Positions 39,320-53,892 of a stretch of 64,000 bases of DNA are shown here, in pieces. The position numbers and the translations under genes are program-made. Location of the stretch: the NCBI GenBank assembly GCA_951406725.2, contig OX597816.1:59582001-59646000 (forward strand). Direction: 5' to 3'. The first letter of the stretch is position 1; every line of letters starts with the position of its first letter. The stretch is from Octopus vulgaris (taxonomy: Eukaryota). Under the pieces are notes generated by a model, which saw only the letters and a program-made list of their open reading frames with translations, ran no database searches and had not been told where the DNA came from.

Positions 39320-41641
39320 TGAAGTTGACTACATGATTCCTGTTCCCTCATCAGTAATTAATTAAAATACATAAATGTATATGTGTGTGTGTATATAACT
39401 AAACTACCAAGGCATGGGATACAAATATATATGTAATGTATACAACACCATATTCATGTATGTCGTAAACAAATATTTAACCCCAATGTGAAAGTAGACA
39501 CCATGGTTAATCACAATGGTTTTTAGCAGCTAGGAAGGAATAATTGAACCAACTAGATTTAGCTTCCACTAAAGAACCATTGGGGATTACTTACTGTGTC
39601 GTGTGTCTTCCAAACTGCCAAAGAGAAGAATCTCAAAGCTATTTATAGAAAATGTAAACAAAATTCTTTGTAGTATAACTTAACTGTCATAATACACGGT
39701 TCTATATTTCTTAAGTCTGGCAGCAAAGACAACAGAGGTATGTGATTCCAGGGGCGTATTTAACGAAGGATAAAACTTGGTTTAATTCTTGTTCAAAGTT
39801 ACTGAAGATCCCTGTGATTTAAATATGGCTTCTGCTTTTACTTTGGTATTCATCATCATCATCATTGTTTAACATCTGCTTTCCATGCTGGCATGGGTTG
39901 GATGGTTTGATTGAGGACTGGTGAACCAGAAGGCTGCACAAGACTCCAATCTGATCTGGCAAAGTTTCTATAGCTGGATGCCCTTCCTAATGCCAACCAC
40001 TCTGAGAGTGTAGTGGGTGCTTTTACGTGCCACCAGCTCGAGGTCCAGTCAGGTGGCACTGGCATCAACCACGCTCAAAGGTGTTTTTTATGTGCCACAT
40101 GCACGGGAGCCAGTTCAGCGGTACTGGCTACGACCACACTTGAATGTTGTTTTTTCATGTGCCACTGGCACATATGCCAGAAAGGTAACGCTGGCAACAA
40201 TCACGCTTGGATAGTGCTTTTAACGTTCCACTGGCACAAGTGCCAATCAGGCGGTACTAAATATGTTTATTTAACAATCAGAATATAACATCACATATAT
40301 ACATAATACACACACACTTCAAAAGTAAATAGATACCTCTCATTATGCCATTTTATCTGTGCAGATACAACTAACCAGTACAATACCCAAACGAGTTAAA
40401 TGATTACAAATTGCCCAAGGCACGTCTACTAAATACTAGATTAAGTATTTAAATGCATCAAATTACATTATTTTAGTTTCCAGAAATAAATCTTTCAAAA
40501 ATGATTGTGTCTATTTACATTTGTGATGTCTGGGTCCATGTGTGTATATTATACATTCTTCATCATCAATATATACATTTTTATATAAATACACACATAT
40601 ATCACATACGGGAGAAAAGATTAGATTCTGATCTTGTAATCAAAGTATTCTTGCAATATAAAAGGAATTCAATGTAAGAGAATATATTCAGTTATAATGT
40701 CTCCATGCAACATGGTCAGATGTTTCAACTCATGTCTCTACAGAGAAGACACATGTATGTTCACAGAACCTGTGTTTGCTGACCAACTGCTGTCTCATTT
40801 GCAACATGAACAGGTGCTTCTTAGCATGCACAGTCTATCCAATAGCCGGGTTGGTAACAAAAGGGTTAAACTATATCTGTTAACCATTTCAAATTTCTGG
40901 GTACCTAAACTAAATTCTCAGTTCAAATAAAATTAAGATTCAGAATCCAATATGTCAAAATAATCTGAACGGGCAGGTATGGCTGTGTGCTAAGAAGTTT
41001 CCTTCTCAAATACAAGGTTCCAGGTTAGTCTCATTGCACAACACCTTTGGTAAGTGTCTTCCACTACAACCCTGGGCCAACAAAAACATCATGAGTGGGT
41101 TTAATGGAGAGAAACTGAAAGACACCCATTGTATGCATGTGTGTGAATGTGTTTACCCCCACCTCTGCTTGACAAACAGTGTTGGTGTGTTTACGTCCCT
41201 GTAACTTATCAGTTCAACAAAAGAGACCAACAGAATTAGAACCAGACTAAAGAAGAAGAATAAGTATTGGGATTGATTTGTTCAACTAAAATTCTTCAAG
41301 GAAGTGCCCCAGCATGGCCACAGTCTAATGACTGAAACAAGTAAAAGAAAAACAGATAAAGGACACTCTTTACTCTTTTACTTGTTTCAGTCATGTGACT
41401 GTGGCCATGCTGGAGCACCGTCTTTGGTCGAGCAAATGGACCCCAGGACTTATTCACTGTAAGCCTAGTACTTATTCTATCGGTCTCTTTTGCCGAACCA
41501 CTAAGTTACAGGAACGTAAACACACCAGCATCAGTTGTCAAGCGATGTTGGGGATGACAAACACAGACACACAAACATATACACACACATACATATATAT
41601 ATATATATACACACACACACATATATATATATACATATATA

Positions 41642-42044
41642 CAAAGTGAGATAGGGGTTATGAGTGTAACCCACTATGGGATATCAGTTATCCAATATAC
41701 TGGTGGTGAAGCACCCAAAAGGCAAATACATAAATGCTTATAATTGCAATGCAATTAATTCATTTATTGTATTAGATGGGCGAAGGTAAAATATTTTACC
41801 TCAAATTCATAATACAAATAAGAAAATGGAGGAACAGATTCATTTCAATCATCGACTTACAGATATTACCAATCCATATTATTTATTAACTACATAAATA
41901 GGAACATCTAAATCCAACAAAATAAAACAATATACACCAATAAGTAAGATAATACCATAAAAATAATACACATAAAATGGATCTTACAGCTGTTTCAGCC
42001 TGTAGATAAGGTATCTCATTCTGCCTATATTAGTCAGATGTATT
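41642..42044 (-). mobile_element. Penelope-like fragment inserted in the internal (TA)n of a family-A SINE
   Basis: The SINE is split exactly at its TA tract and resumes ATACGACGGGCTTCTTTCAG at 42045. The insert carries GAAACAGCTGTAAGA (41982-41996, minus), identical to the 3' half of the 58848 hammerhead. Confidence 0.6.
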
Positions 42045-43094
42045 ATACGACGGGCTTCTTTCAGTTTCCATCTACCAAATCCACTCCCAAGGCTTTGGTC
42101 AGCCCGAGGCTATAGTAGAAGACACTTGCCCAAGGTGCCACGCAGTGGGACTGAACCCGGAACCATGTGGTTGGTAAGCAAGCTACTTACCACACAGCCA
42201 CTAACAAAATATACAATATCGAGAAGTGAAATTCAAATGAGACTGAATATATTTTTCTTATGCTACAATAATTTAAGCATGTCTCATATCAGTGAGGGAG
42301 AAGGTGGGGTGCTAAAAATACTGAAATACAATAATTAAAAATATCACCGCTCAAACTTTCTCAATCCTTAAGGGGGGGGGGTTGACACCTACTCTTCCCT
42401 ATGTTCCCCCTTACTTATCATCACTCACCACTGGTTCATTATATTCACCCTCTCACCTATTCCGTGTCTGTCTCTCACTTTTTTAAACACTCTTCCAGCC
42501 CCAACCCACCCATACTCATGGTTCCTTTGCCTCTCACTCCTACCTACTTTGTAACTTGGGGATAGGATCCACCCTGACATCTCATCACAACTAATTTTAT
42601 CCGGTTCCTGCTCTCATCTATCTCACACTTTAACTCCTCATCACATACCTTCTCTCTCTCTCACTATCTATCTATCTATCTATCTTTAATGTAGCTCAAC
42701 TCAGTCAAATGCTATATGGCATCCTCACTAGAGCCAGTGCCATTAAAAAAAGGCACCCAGTACATGCTGTGAAATGGCTAGCATTAGAAAAAGGTATCCT
42801 ATCGTGGAAATCACACCAAAGCAGACACTGGAGCAGAAGGTAGTTTTCAGACCCATTGGATCCAGTCAAGCTGATGCAAGCACTGAACATGGATGTTAAA
42901 GGCTGATGATGATGATTATTATTTTTCTTTCTTATTAGCAATGGTGATAATAATAATAAAAAAAGAAATCAGTGATGACATGCAGAATAAAAGAGGAATT
43001 TATTTCAGGTCATGCACAGTGCTAATTATAGGCCTGGTAATTAAATAGCTCAATATTGTAAATTATTGTTTTTTTGTTTTTTTTTTAAACTAAT

Positions 43095-43378
43095 GATTAT
43101 GTGTGTGTATGTGCATATATATATATATATATATATCATCATTATATATATATATATATATATATATATCATCATCAACATATCATATATATATATATAT
43201 ATATATCATCATCAACATATCATATATATATATATATATATCATCATCATCAACATACATATATATATCATCATCATCATCAACATACATATATATATCA
43301 TCATCATCATCAACATATATATATATATATATATCATCATCATATATATATATATATATCATCATATATATATATATA
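43095..43378. repeat. Compound (TA)n/(ATC)n microsatellite forming a loose ~30-bp higher-order unit
   Basis: Repeated ATATATATATCATCATCATCAACAT blocks. Confidence 0.85.
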
Positions 43379-43989
43379 AGTATTATTTTGAAATGGTAAG
43401 AGAGTATAAAGAGTATTTGCTTCCAGTGATGGAAAGAGAAATCAATACAGCAAATACCGCAGTGTGATGGTTGCATTGACAGCGACACAGCAAAAGTTTG
43501 GCAAAACAACAATTGGGCTTTTTGTAACCTTATATATAGAAAAGAAATTGAATTCTGAGACTAGTAAAGCTAGAGAAGTAATGAGACATAGGTGAGTAAT
43601 CCTGGAATCTTTGATTGAAAGATCAATATTTAATCCTTTTATGAATAATGCAAATTTCAAATAAGGATCACAATTGACTTAAGTATTAAATGAGATTTTG
43701 CCAAGACAATGACGTCGTCATCACTATCAGTTGAATGTCTATTTTTCCATGCTCACATGGGTAAGATGGAAATCACTGCTGCGGATTTCCTACAGGTCAA
43801 TGCCTTTCCTGTTGTCAAATCTCACCTGTTTCCAAGCCAAGTAATATTTTCCCATGGCCAGACATGTTTTCAAGGAAGATTGGAAACAAAGTACAACACT
43901 AGCTTGACTGTATCTGCACACTTCAGTTCATTCAACATCTGCAGGACAGGGCCTTATGCTCAATTCATACAACTATGTGACGCTGCAGA

Positions 43990-44370
43990 ATCTGTGGCCA
44001 ATTACTGGTTTGAGAGGGTCGCCGCTGGAAGGCCCTAGGTGTGACAGCAGGATTTAGCTCCTTGCTATACTTGAGGAAAGATTCAGATATGGTTGTCTGA
44101 GAATTTCTACAACTTCACTAGCTCCAATTTCTGGCTTCCTGATAACCCCAATTGTAATCCCATCAATTACTATGTGTGGCATGCAGTTGAGAAAGACACC
44201 AACTGCTCTGCTTGCAACCCTTAAGCTGAGCTGGTGGCCAAGATCAAGACCATGTTCGAAGATTTTCCTAGGGACACTGAGGAACACATATGTCAGGCTC
44301 CAGAGCCATATTGAGGCTGTAATGGGAGCTGGGGGTAGCTACTTAGAGAAAATTGCTATCTCCCAGATAT
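43990..44370 (+). mobile_element. Tc1/mariner-superfamily transposase remnant
   Basis: Reads WFERVAAGRP*V*QQDLAPCY...WLSENFYNFTSSNFWLPDNPNCNPINYYVWHAVE, matching the QQD-x-AP-x-H and WPP-x-SPD-x-NP motifs. Contains stops and frameshifts. Confidence 0.75.
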
Positions 44371-44379
44371 AATCTAGTT

Positions 44380-44698
44380 CAGTGGTTCCCAAAGTGGGCA
44401 GTATTGCCCCACCTGGGGGAAGAGGAAAGTTCCAAGGGGGCATTGAAGAAAAATGGGGTGATAATGGGGGAGCAATTCATGTAAAAAATGTGGGGCAATA
44501 ATAGGGTAACGATTCATGTAAAAACAACAAAATAATGGGTTCATTAAATTAAGTTTTTGTTTATGAAATACAGTTGCTTTGAATTTGCCTCAGAAAGAGG
44601 TCTATATTTGTGAGAGTTAGTTGGGGTGGGGATGGGGGTGCTAGGAATGTGGCCTGTGTGTCAAGGGGGTGGCAGCCCGAAAAATTTGGGAACCACTG
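44380..44698. mobile_element. hAT (Charlie-like) MITE
   Basis: TIRs CAGTGGTTCCCAAA / TTTGGGAACCACTG, with a perfect 8-bp TSD ATCTAGTT. Confidence 0.88.
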
Positions 44699-45494
44699 AT
44701 CTAGTTCATATTTTTTGATTTTTTAAAATAATTTTATTTTTGGCTGGAATATTGTTTTCTTTTCTTTTTAAGCAAACTGACAAATTTATTTCGACCACCC
44801 ATACACACACACACATACCTATTCCTCCTCATCTACTGTCTCTATGGTTCTTCCTCTCTTACTATGCAAGTCTATCAATGAGGAAATCCTCATTGATAGA
44901 ATTTACATTGGTTGGACAACAACAGACTGACTTACATATGGGTAGATGTGTGTGTGTGTGTGTGTGTTGAATAATGTTTGACACTCATGGGGTGTGATTC
45001 TATTACTTTGTAAAATTTGACCTGATTTGGTGGAGCTGTTTGAGAATGCACTGGGAACAAACAGACAGAGAATATTATATATATAGATTAAGCACATATA
45101 TTAAATGTTAATTTAAGGGTTAATATGTAACTGTAAATACCTTGCAACTGCTGTGATAATTATTAAGTGGCAATTGAACAGTAAATGTGTAAAATAAGAT
45201 TATCTTAGTGTTATCAGATTAGAATTAAAAGTGAAAGAATAAAAGTGAAACAATATTATATCACATTACAATATAGATGTTATTGTTTCACTTTTGACAT
45301 GTAATACTGAACTAGACTGTTCCGGGCCCACATTAGGCAAGAAGTTGAAGTTGGGCTCATGACACTCCATGGACCCTAAGTAATGCATGTGTAAAATTTG
45401 AATGAAATCGGTAGGTTAGTTCTCTAGTTTTAGGGATCAACACATACAGACAGACACACATTCTCAGTTTTATATATACAGCAGCAACAGCAGA

Positions 45495-45815
45495 GGCGAA
45501 ATGGCCCAGTGGTTAGGGCAGTGGACTCACAGTGGTGGGATCATGGTTTCGATTCCCAGACCAGGCGTTGTGAGTGTTTATTGAGCGATAACACCTAAAG
45601 CTCCACGCGGCTCTGGCAGGGGGTGATGGCAAACCCTGCTTTACTCTTTCTTCCTGTTTCTGTTGTACCTGTATATCAAAGGGCTGGCTTTGTCACACTT
45701 TGTGTCACGCTGAATCTCCCCGAGAACTACATTAAGGGTACACGTGTCTGTGGAGTGCTCAGCCACTTGCACGTTAATTTCATGAGCAGGCTGTTCCGCT
45801 GATCGGATGTAACCG
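45495..45815 (+). mobile_element. tRNA-derived SINE family D
   Basis: Box A TGGCCCAGTGGTTAGGG and box B GGTTTCGATTCCC. The body GTGCTCAGCCACTTGCACGTTAATTT..GAGCAGGCTGTTCCGCTGATCGGAT is shared with about 57055-57365 (-). Confidence 0.75.
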
Positions 45816-48011
45816 ACAAAGTGCCATGATAACTTTACCTGTATGCAATGTGACCCATCATTCATGATAATTCATCATCATCATCACTTAACGTCCATTT
45901 TCCATGCTGGCATGGGTTGGACGGTTCGGCTGGGATCTGGGAATTCAGGAGGCTGCACCAGGCTCCAATCTGATCTGGCAGAGTTTCTACAGCTGGATGC
46001 CCTTCCTAACGCCAACCACTCCGAGAGTGTAGTTAGTGCTTTTTCTCGTGCCACTGGCACAGGGGCCAGTGGAGGCTGGCAACGACCATGATCAGTTGGT
46101 GTCTTTTACGTGCCACCAGCACAGAAGCCAGTCAAAAAGGTGCTGGCATCAGCGACATTCCGATGATTATTATTATTACTCACTGCACCCTTGCAAACCT
46201 CACAGAAAACATAAAAATGTAAGCATCTGTAAATAGCGACTTTGTTTAATAACTATCGAATAATTATGTATAATCAGGACCCTGGAAAATTCTAAAAAAA
46301 ACAAAAAATGTAAGCATCTTTAAAAGTAACATCTAATTATAGAGTAGAAAACTAAAAGTAATATCAAATATTGGCTAAGGACCCAGAATACAGAATACAG
46401 GAATTAATTACAAATTAGAAAAGTAAAATCAACATCTGGGGTTATGTATCTGTCTACTCTGAAAATACTGATAAACATTTAAAGACATAAAATGGATGCC
46501 ACCTTCCTTTCAGTCATTACTCACTCTCTCTTTTTCTCTTTCACTCCCTCTCTGTCCCTCCTCTCCCTCGCTCTGCCACTCGCTTCGACTATACCTCCTC
46601 TGTTTAACACTTTTTATTTCTCTTTTCCTTTTTAACTCTCCCTTTAACAGTAGAAAAGTAACAGCAACAGCCACAGCTATTTGCTGTGAGAGACAGATAG
46701 ACAGAGGGAGAGATAGATAGTGTGTATGCTAGACAGATAAAAAGATAAACAGACAGATAGATAGGCAACATTTCTTTTAACAATTTCCATATTTTCATTG
46801 ACTTTATCATATAGTCGAAAATGAAAAGTTTTCCAGCATTTTCTCCATGAGAATGGTTCCATTCTCTTTCACTATTATTCTCTATCTACGACCTTCCTTC
46901 ACTCAATCTATCTCTCTAAATCTTGCTCTTTACCCCCTCTCTCACCACTATCAATCTCTCCTCTTACTTCCTCCAATCTGCTGCTTTGCCTCTCACTTCA
47001 ACTATATTTCCTCGACTTCTGTCACTCCCCTCTCTCCCGCTTTGCCACTCACTTCAACTATACCTCCTCTGCTTAACATCTTTTATTCCTCTTTTTCTTT
47101 GTATCTCTCCTTTCAACCTTTTTACCTCTTCCCTTGAACTAAGTGTGACATACACCACAGGTACATACAAAACAAAGCATATTAATACTATTGATGATTA
47201 TTGAACTGAAATAAAAGGAATAATTTTAACGCATGAATACACACACACATATACATACACACATAATAAACAAGTCTATATAGTCTGTGTGTCCCAAACA
47301 TATCCTAATGTAAACCCTGTTGTCCTTTGTACACCCTGGTGATTTTCCATAGGTCATCATCATCGTTTAACGTCTGCTTTCCATGCTGGCATGGGTTGGA
47401 TGGTTTGACTGAGAACTGGCAAGCCAGGAGGCTCCACCAGGCTCCAATCTGTTCTGGCAAGGTTTCTACACCTGAATGCCCCTCGCAATGCCAACCACTC
47501 CAAGAGTGTAGTAGGTGCTTTTTACATGCCATCAGATCGGGGGCCAGTCAAGCAGCACTGGCAACAACTATGCTCGAATGGTACTTTTTACGTGCCACCA
47601 GCACAGGGGCCAGTGAAGCAGCATTAGCATCGACCACGCCAGTCAGGCAGCACTGGCAAATGCAACATTATATATTTATATATGTTTTGTAATTTTAATT
47701 TTGTTTGTGAAATGAAACAATTGTTGATGAATATGTTCATTAATTAATTAACTGATTTGTATTCATTAGCTCTCTGTTTTCTAACTCGACAATTATATAT
47801 ATATACATACACACCAAGTTTTGTCAGTGAACAATTCGCAGTTTCAAAGCGATGAAAATATTTTGACACAAATGAAATTTAAATGTTGAAGTGAAACTAA
47901 CAATTTTTGTGTGTTGTTGAATGGTTTACAAACATCTTCCCCGCTGCAATTGTTTTTGTTTCAGCACATGATCTCAGATCAAGTCATTTGCTATACAAGT
48001 ACATCTCCATA

Positions 48012-48052
<41 letters not shown>

Positions 48053-48054
<2 letters not shown>

Positions 48055-48266
48055 GTTACTTCAAACATGAACAAAGAGAAAACACAACAACGTGAGGATG
48101 TGGAACAAGTATAGTGTTATTGGACGCTCAGGAAAGGAAAGAAATAAGAAGGATTTAACATTTTGAATGGAGCTCTTCGTTAGAAACATAGAAAAAGGAA
48201 AGGTCTAAGGAAGAGAAGACGGAGAAAGAAAATCACCAACGATACACATGCGGTCACATATTGACT
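48053..48266 (-). mobile_element. Penelope-like pLTR fragment in (TA)n with a decayed hammerhead-like motif
   Basis: Minus strand TTTCTAACGAAGAGCTCCATTCAAAATGTTAAA, a few transitions from CTGACGA-AGAGC-TCC-GTTC-GAAACGTT. A similar fragment lies at about 4671-4792. Confidence 0.5.
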
Positions 48267-48732
48267 ATATATATATAAATACATACATACAAAAATATAT
48301 GTATATACATACATACAAATAAAGTTTACAAACCTCATTCAGGGATAGCAAAATCCAATAAATGTACTGGTTAGTTACCTACACAAAGAATGTTGAATAT
48401 TACAGATTAATAATTAACTGCAAGGTAACTATAATGATGATGAGGTTATGTGAGTGTGCGTGTGTTTATGTTCATGGGTACATGTACACAGACAAGCTGA
48501 GAGATGTAAATGTACAAGCACATACTTATATGTGCATATGAGATTTTATAAGTACATTTGTAGGGTGTGTGTGTGTGTGTGTGTGTGAATGTGTGGCAGG
48601 TTGAACAAAATCTAACTTCAAATCAGGAAGTGAACAACACATGCATACCAGAAAGATTTTACAGTTTAAGTAATCATTGTTAGAAATGTGTGTGTGTGTG
48701 TATGTATACATATATGTATGTATATGTGTATG

Positions 48733-48786
<54 letters not shown>

Positions 48787-48935
48787 TGTATGTATATATA
48801 CATGTATATATACATGTATATATATATTAATAATAATAAAATGACAACAAAAAGAATGAGACCTTGATATTAGGTTAATAGAGGAATTTATATATGTATA
48901 GAACACACTGATTGCCCTATACTATACACACACAT

Positions 48936-48969
<34 letters not shown>

Positions 48970-49485
48970 CACACACATACGTACATACAACTGTCTGGTG
49001 TTAGGAAGAAGTAACCTAAGAATTAAAACACCTGGCTGGTGTGGCCCATAAGAATAATTCACATTATTTTCCATCCTAGAAAAATGGAAAAGTTTTGCAG
49101 GTATGATACCAGGTGAAGACTTTCAACTGTTGCTGCAAAGATATTTATAGGAGCTGTTTCTTGTTTTCCTTTTTAATGTTTACTATGGGCTGGGTGGGCA
49201 GGTGGGGTTACGGTAGCAGAAGTAGGTAGTCTACGTACTAAAATATTTCAAACAAAATAGGTAAATATAGAAACAGAGCTGGGTATACATGCAATGTATG
49301 TATGTAATGTATGTGCACATGTATACTATTTATGTTTATATATATAATATATATATATATATACACACGCTACATGCATGCATGAGTGTCTTTTATGTAT
49401 TTATACATATGTATATATACATGTGTGTGTATATATCTATGTACATGTATGTATGTATCTACGTATATCTATCTATCTATCTATC

Positions 49486-49577
<92 letters not shown>

Positions 49578-50172
49578 GAATTTACATACATATATATATA
49601 GTGAGAGAAAACTTCAAGTAATAGATTATCAAGAGGTGTAGCATGCAAAATTGAAATGGGCAGTAACTAGAGATTTGCGAAGATGTAGAGGTAAAGGAAC
49701 AAGGAACAATTGGATAAGGGCCAATTGTAGATTACAGCAACAGATTCCTGGAAATTAAGTGGAGTGAAAACTGAGTAAATAGCTGGAATATTACGAAGTT
49801 AAATTTGAAAAATAAATTGGGAAGAATGAAGAATTAAGAGCAATTCAGAGAGTTTTGCAAACTAGATTCGAAATTATTTTATCTGGCTAACAAGTTGGTG
49901 TTGCATAGTAATTAATTGAAGTTTCCATGTCTGTAAATATATAGTGCAAGTATGGCTACAGGCCCAAGTGTGGCCACAGGGGCAAGTGCTATCATGTGGA
50001 TAAGAAGTATGCTTAAGATATAGATAAAATGTATCTCTCTTTCTCTCTCTCACACACACATACATATATACACACACACATATATATATACACACACACA
50101 CACATATATATACACACACACATATATACACACACACACACACACATATATATACACACACACACACATATA

Positions 50173-50207
<35 letters not shown>

Positions 50208-50339
50208 TGTCTACTCCCTATGCAGAGTTTGACCATCTCCTGTGCCTACACCTTAGAACCATCATGGCATCTTATGTGGCTTTTTAAACCACATACATAT
50301 ATACACACACACATACACACACACACACACACACACATG

Positions 50340-50680
50340 GTGATTGTCTACTCCCTATGCAGAGTTTGACCATCTCCTGTGCCTACACCTTAGAACCATC
50401 ATGGCACATCTGATTTGGACCACCAAGAGCTGTAGATAAGCTTTGTGGATCTTAGAATGTCTTTTGAGGCCTCCATTAGATTTGCAAACCTTCTGGCATA
50501 CATTGCATTCAACGATGTGCACAGACATATAAGCAGAATAGCTGGTGGAGGTTCGTTTTCCATGGGTTTGCAAATATGATTTATGCCCAGCAAAAAAAAG
50601 GCATGGTCTGTCACGAACTGTGCACTCAAAAAGGTCATTGTCATTCACCTTCTCAATCTTAACATTCTTCCTTAGATCTC
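50340..50680 (-). mobile_element. LINE (RTE-like) ORF C-terminus with C2H2-like zinc-finger motifs, decayed
   Basis: ECNVCQKVCKSNGGLKRHSKIH and FECTVRDRPC...GHKSYLQTH. Homologous decayed pieces at about 38070-38145 and 38510-38585 (+) show it is repetitive. Confidence 0.55.
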
Positions 50681-50954
50681 TTTACATATAGACACACACA
50701 CACATATATATATCTATATATATATATATATATATACATACATGTACACACACACACATACATATATCTATATACAGACACACGCAGTAGTACCATGGTT
50801 TATGAACAACTCTGATCACAAATAAATTGTGCTTTATATATACATATATATATATATATTGTATTAAATGTATATGTGAAAGACAGGAGATAAAGCACGA
50901 TTTATTCATGATGAGAGGTGTTCAAAAACCGAGGTACTATTGTATATATATGTG

Positions 50955-51005
<51 letters not shown>

Positions 51006-51510
51006 GCATATTCTTTTATTCTCTTATTTGTTTCAGTCATTTGACTGCAGTCATGCTGGAGGTTCGTTTTCCATGGGTTTGCAAATATGATTTATGCCCA
51101 GCAAAAAAAAGGCATGGTCTGTCACGAACTGTGCACTCAAAAAGGTCATTGTCATTCACCTTCTCAATCTTAACATTCTTCCTTAGATCTCTTTACATAT
51201 AGACACACACACACATATATATATCTATATATATATATATACATACATGTACACACACACACATACATATATCTATATACAGACACACGCAGTAGTACCA
51301 TGGTTTATGAACAACTCTGATCACAAATAAATTGTGCTTTATATATACACACATATATATATATATATATATATAAAGCATGATTTATTCATGATGAGAG
51401 GCATTCGTAAACCGAGGTTCTATTGTATTAAATGTATATGTGAAAGACAGGAGATAAAGCACGATTTATTCATGATGAGAGGTGTTCAAAAACCGAGGTA
51501 CTATTGTATA

Positions 51511-51576
<66 letters not shown>

Positions 51577-52058
51577 CATATTCTTTTATTCTCTTATTTG
51601 TTTCAGTCATTTGACTGCAGTCATGCTGGAGGTTCGTTTTCCATGGGTTTGCAAATATGATTTATGCCCAGCAAAAAAAAGGCATGGTCTGTCACGAACT
51701 GTGCACTCAAAAAGGTCATTGTCATTCACCTTCTCAATCTTAACATTCTTCCTTAGATCTCTTTACATATAGACACACACACACATATATATATCTATAT
51801 ATATATATATACATACATGTACACACACACACATACATATATCTATATACAGACACATGCAGTAGTACCATGGTTTATGAACAACTCTGATCACAAATAA
51901 ATTGTGCTTTATATACACACACATATATATATATATATATATAAAGCATGATTTATTCATGATGAAGGTATTGTATTAAATGTATATGTGAAAGACAGGA
52001 GATAAAGCACGATTTATTCATGATGAGAGGTGTTCAAAAACCGAGGTACTATTGTATA

Positions 52059-52120
<62 letters not shown>

Positions 52121-52188
52121 TATATATATATATGCATATTCTTTTATTCTCTTATTTGTTTCAGTCATTTGACTGCAGTCATGCTGGA
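50547..52188. repeat. Three-copy tandem duplication, ~510-570-bp unit
   Basis: GGAGGTTCGTTTTCCATGGGTTTGCAAATATG recurs at about 50547, 51058 and 51628. Non-microsatellite portions are essentially identical. Confidence 0.9.
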
Positions 52189-52525
52189 GCACTGCCTTTA
52201 GTTGAACAAATCAACCTCAGGACTTATTCTTTGTAAGACTAGTACTTATTCCATCAGTCTCTTTTGACAAAGCGCTAAGTTATGGGGATGTAACCACACC
52301 AGCATCAGTTGTCAAAACATAGGGTGGGGGCCTAAATACACACACACACACACATATGCAATGGGCTTCTTTCAGTTTCTGGCTACCAAATCCACTCACA
52401 AGGCCTTGGTTGGCCTGAGGCTATAACAGAAGACACTTGCCCAAGGTGCCACACAATGGGACTGAACCCAGAACCATGTGGTTGGTAAGCAAGTTACCAC
52501 ACAGCCACTCTTGCGCATATATATG

Positions 52526-52583
<58 letters not shown>

Positions 52584-52666
52584 TATATATACATACACAC
52601 ACATATACATACATACACACACATATACATACATACACACACACATATACAAATCTACACACACAC

Positions 52667-52717
<51 letters not shown>

Positions 52718-52977
52718 TCTATGTATATATATATATTCACACACACACATACATATATATATATATTTGAAAAAAAAAATTAATGGAAATGACATTTCAG
52801 ATAATTTTTTCACTCAGTAATTAGATGTTTACATATTATTAGGTGTTTACAAATCGTGACTGTTGAGTTTCTCACTTAAAAGCCATTTTCAAATTGATGT
52901 TTTAGAGTTTGTTATCCACTATGTAGACAGGGTTGTTAAACTACGAACATACACATGTATAGACATGCACACACTGA

Positions 52978-53610
52978 TGATGGCTGTCCACTCGTGACCG
53001 ACGAAGACCATTGCTGACCTTCAGGAACACTGTGCACTCTAGGACTAACTTATATTTTGTATTTGCGGCTCTGTTGATGGCTTATGAGCCCTGCTCTTGA
53101 CAAGCATACACGACTGCAAACATTGCAGACCAAGCTTTCCCCATTCACTACACCAGCAGTGCGCTTTCAAGCAGCATGCTCAAGATTTTCATGCTGAAAA
53201 CGTACTCTCTCAAAAGTGTCGACTCCTTCTTTAACCTGCTTCCTCCATCTGTGGTGATGACATGCATTGTTCTCACAGTCAGTCTCCTGCGTATCACAGG
53301 CCTTTAATGAGGACTTGACACAGTCCTTAAACCACAGCCTTGGTTTCTGCCGGGGTCTCTTTCCATTCACAAGTTCCCCATATAGCATCTGCTTAGGGAT
53401 CCTGCTATCCTTCATTCTAATGTGTCCAGTCCAACGTAACCGGTGTTTGTGCACAATCACCTCAATACTCAAGATATCAGCTGTCCTCATGACCTGTGTG
53501 TCTGGAGATTTTAAGGTCTAGCCAACATTTGGAATGTGTCTGAGACATCTCTGATGAACGCATTCAAGAACCCTTACATGACATTTGTAAAGGGTCCATG
53601 TCTCACATTC
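52978..53610 (-). mobile_element. RTE (BovB-like) LINE 3' fragment
   Basis: CETWTLYKCHVRVLECVHQRCLRHI...RLRWTGHIRMKDSRIPKQMLYGELVNGKRPRQKPRLWFKDCVKSSLK, the typical RTE C-terminal motifs. Truncated at its 5' end by a SINE. Confidence 0.85.
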
Positions 53611-53892
53611 TACTATAGCCTTGGGCTGACCAAAGCCTTGTGAGTGGATTTGGTAGGCGGAAACTGAAAGAAGCCCGTTGTATATATGTATATGTGTATG
53701 TGTGTGTGTGTGTTTGCCCCCCCCCCCCCATTGCTTGACATATGATGCTGGTGTGTTTATGTCCCCATAACTTAGTGGTTCAGCAAAAAGAAACTGATAG
53801 TATAAGTACTAGGCTTACAAAGAATAAGTCCTGGGGTCGATTTGCATGGCCACAGTCAAATGACTGAAACAAGTAAAAGAGTAAAAGAATAG

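Noticed and set aside
45495-45570. tRNA gene
   Set aside because: Box A and B are present, but I cannot fold a convincing cloverleaf and it runs into a repeated SINE body.
50355-50648. Host C2H2 zinc-finger gene
   Set aside because: Fingers are degenerate, there are no TGEKP linkers or splice context, and decayed homologues lie at about 38.1 and 38.5 kb. A LINE ORF tail explains it better.
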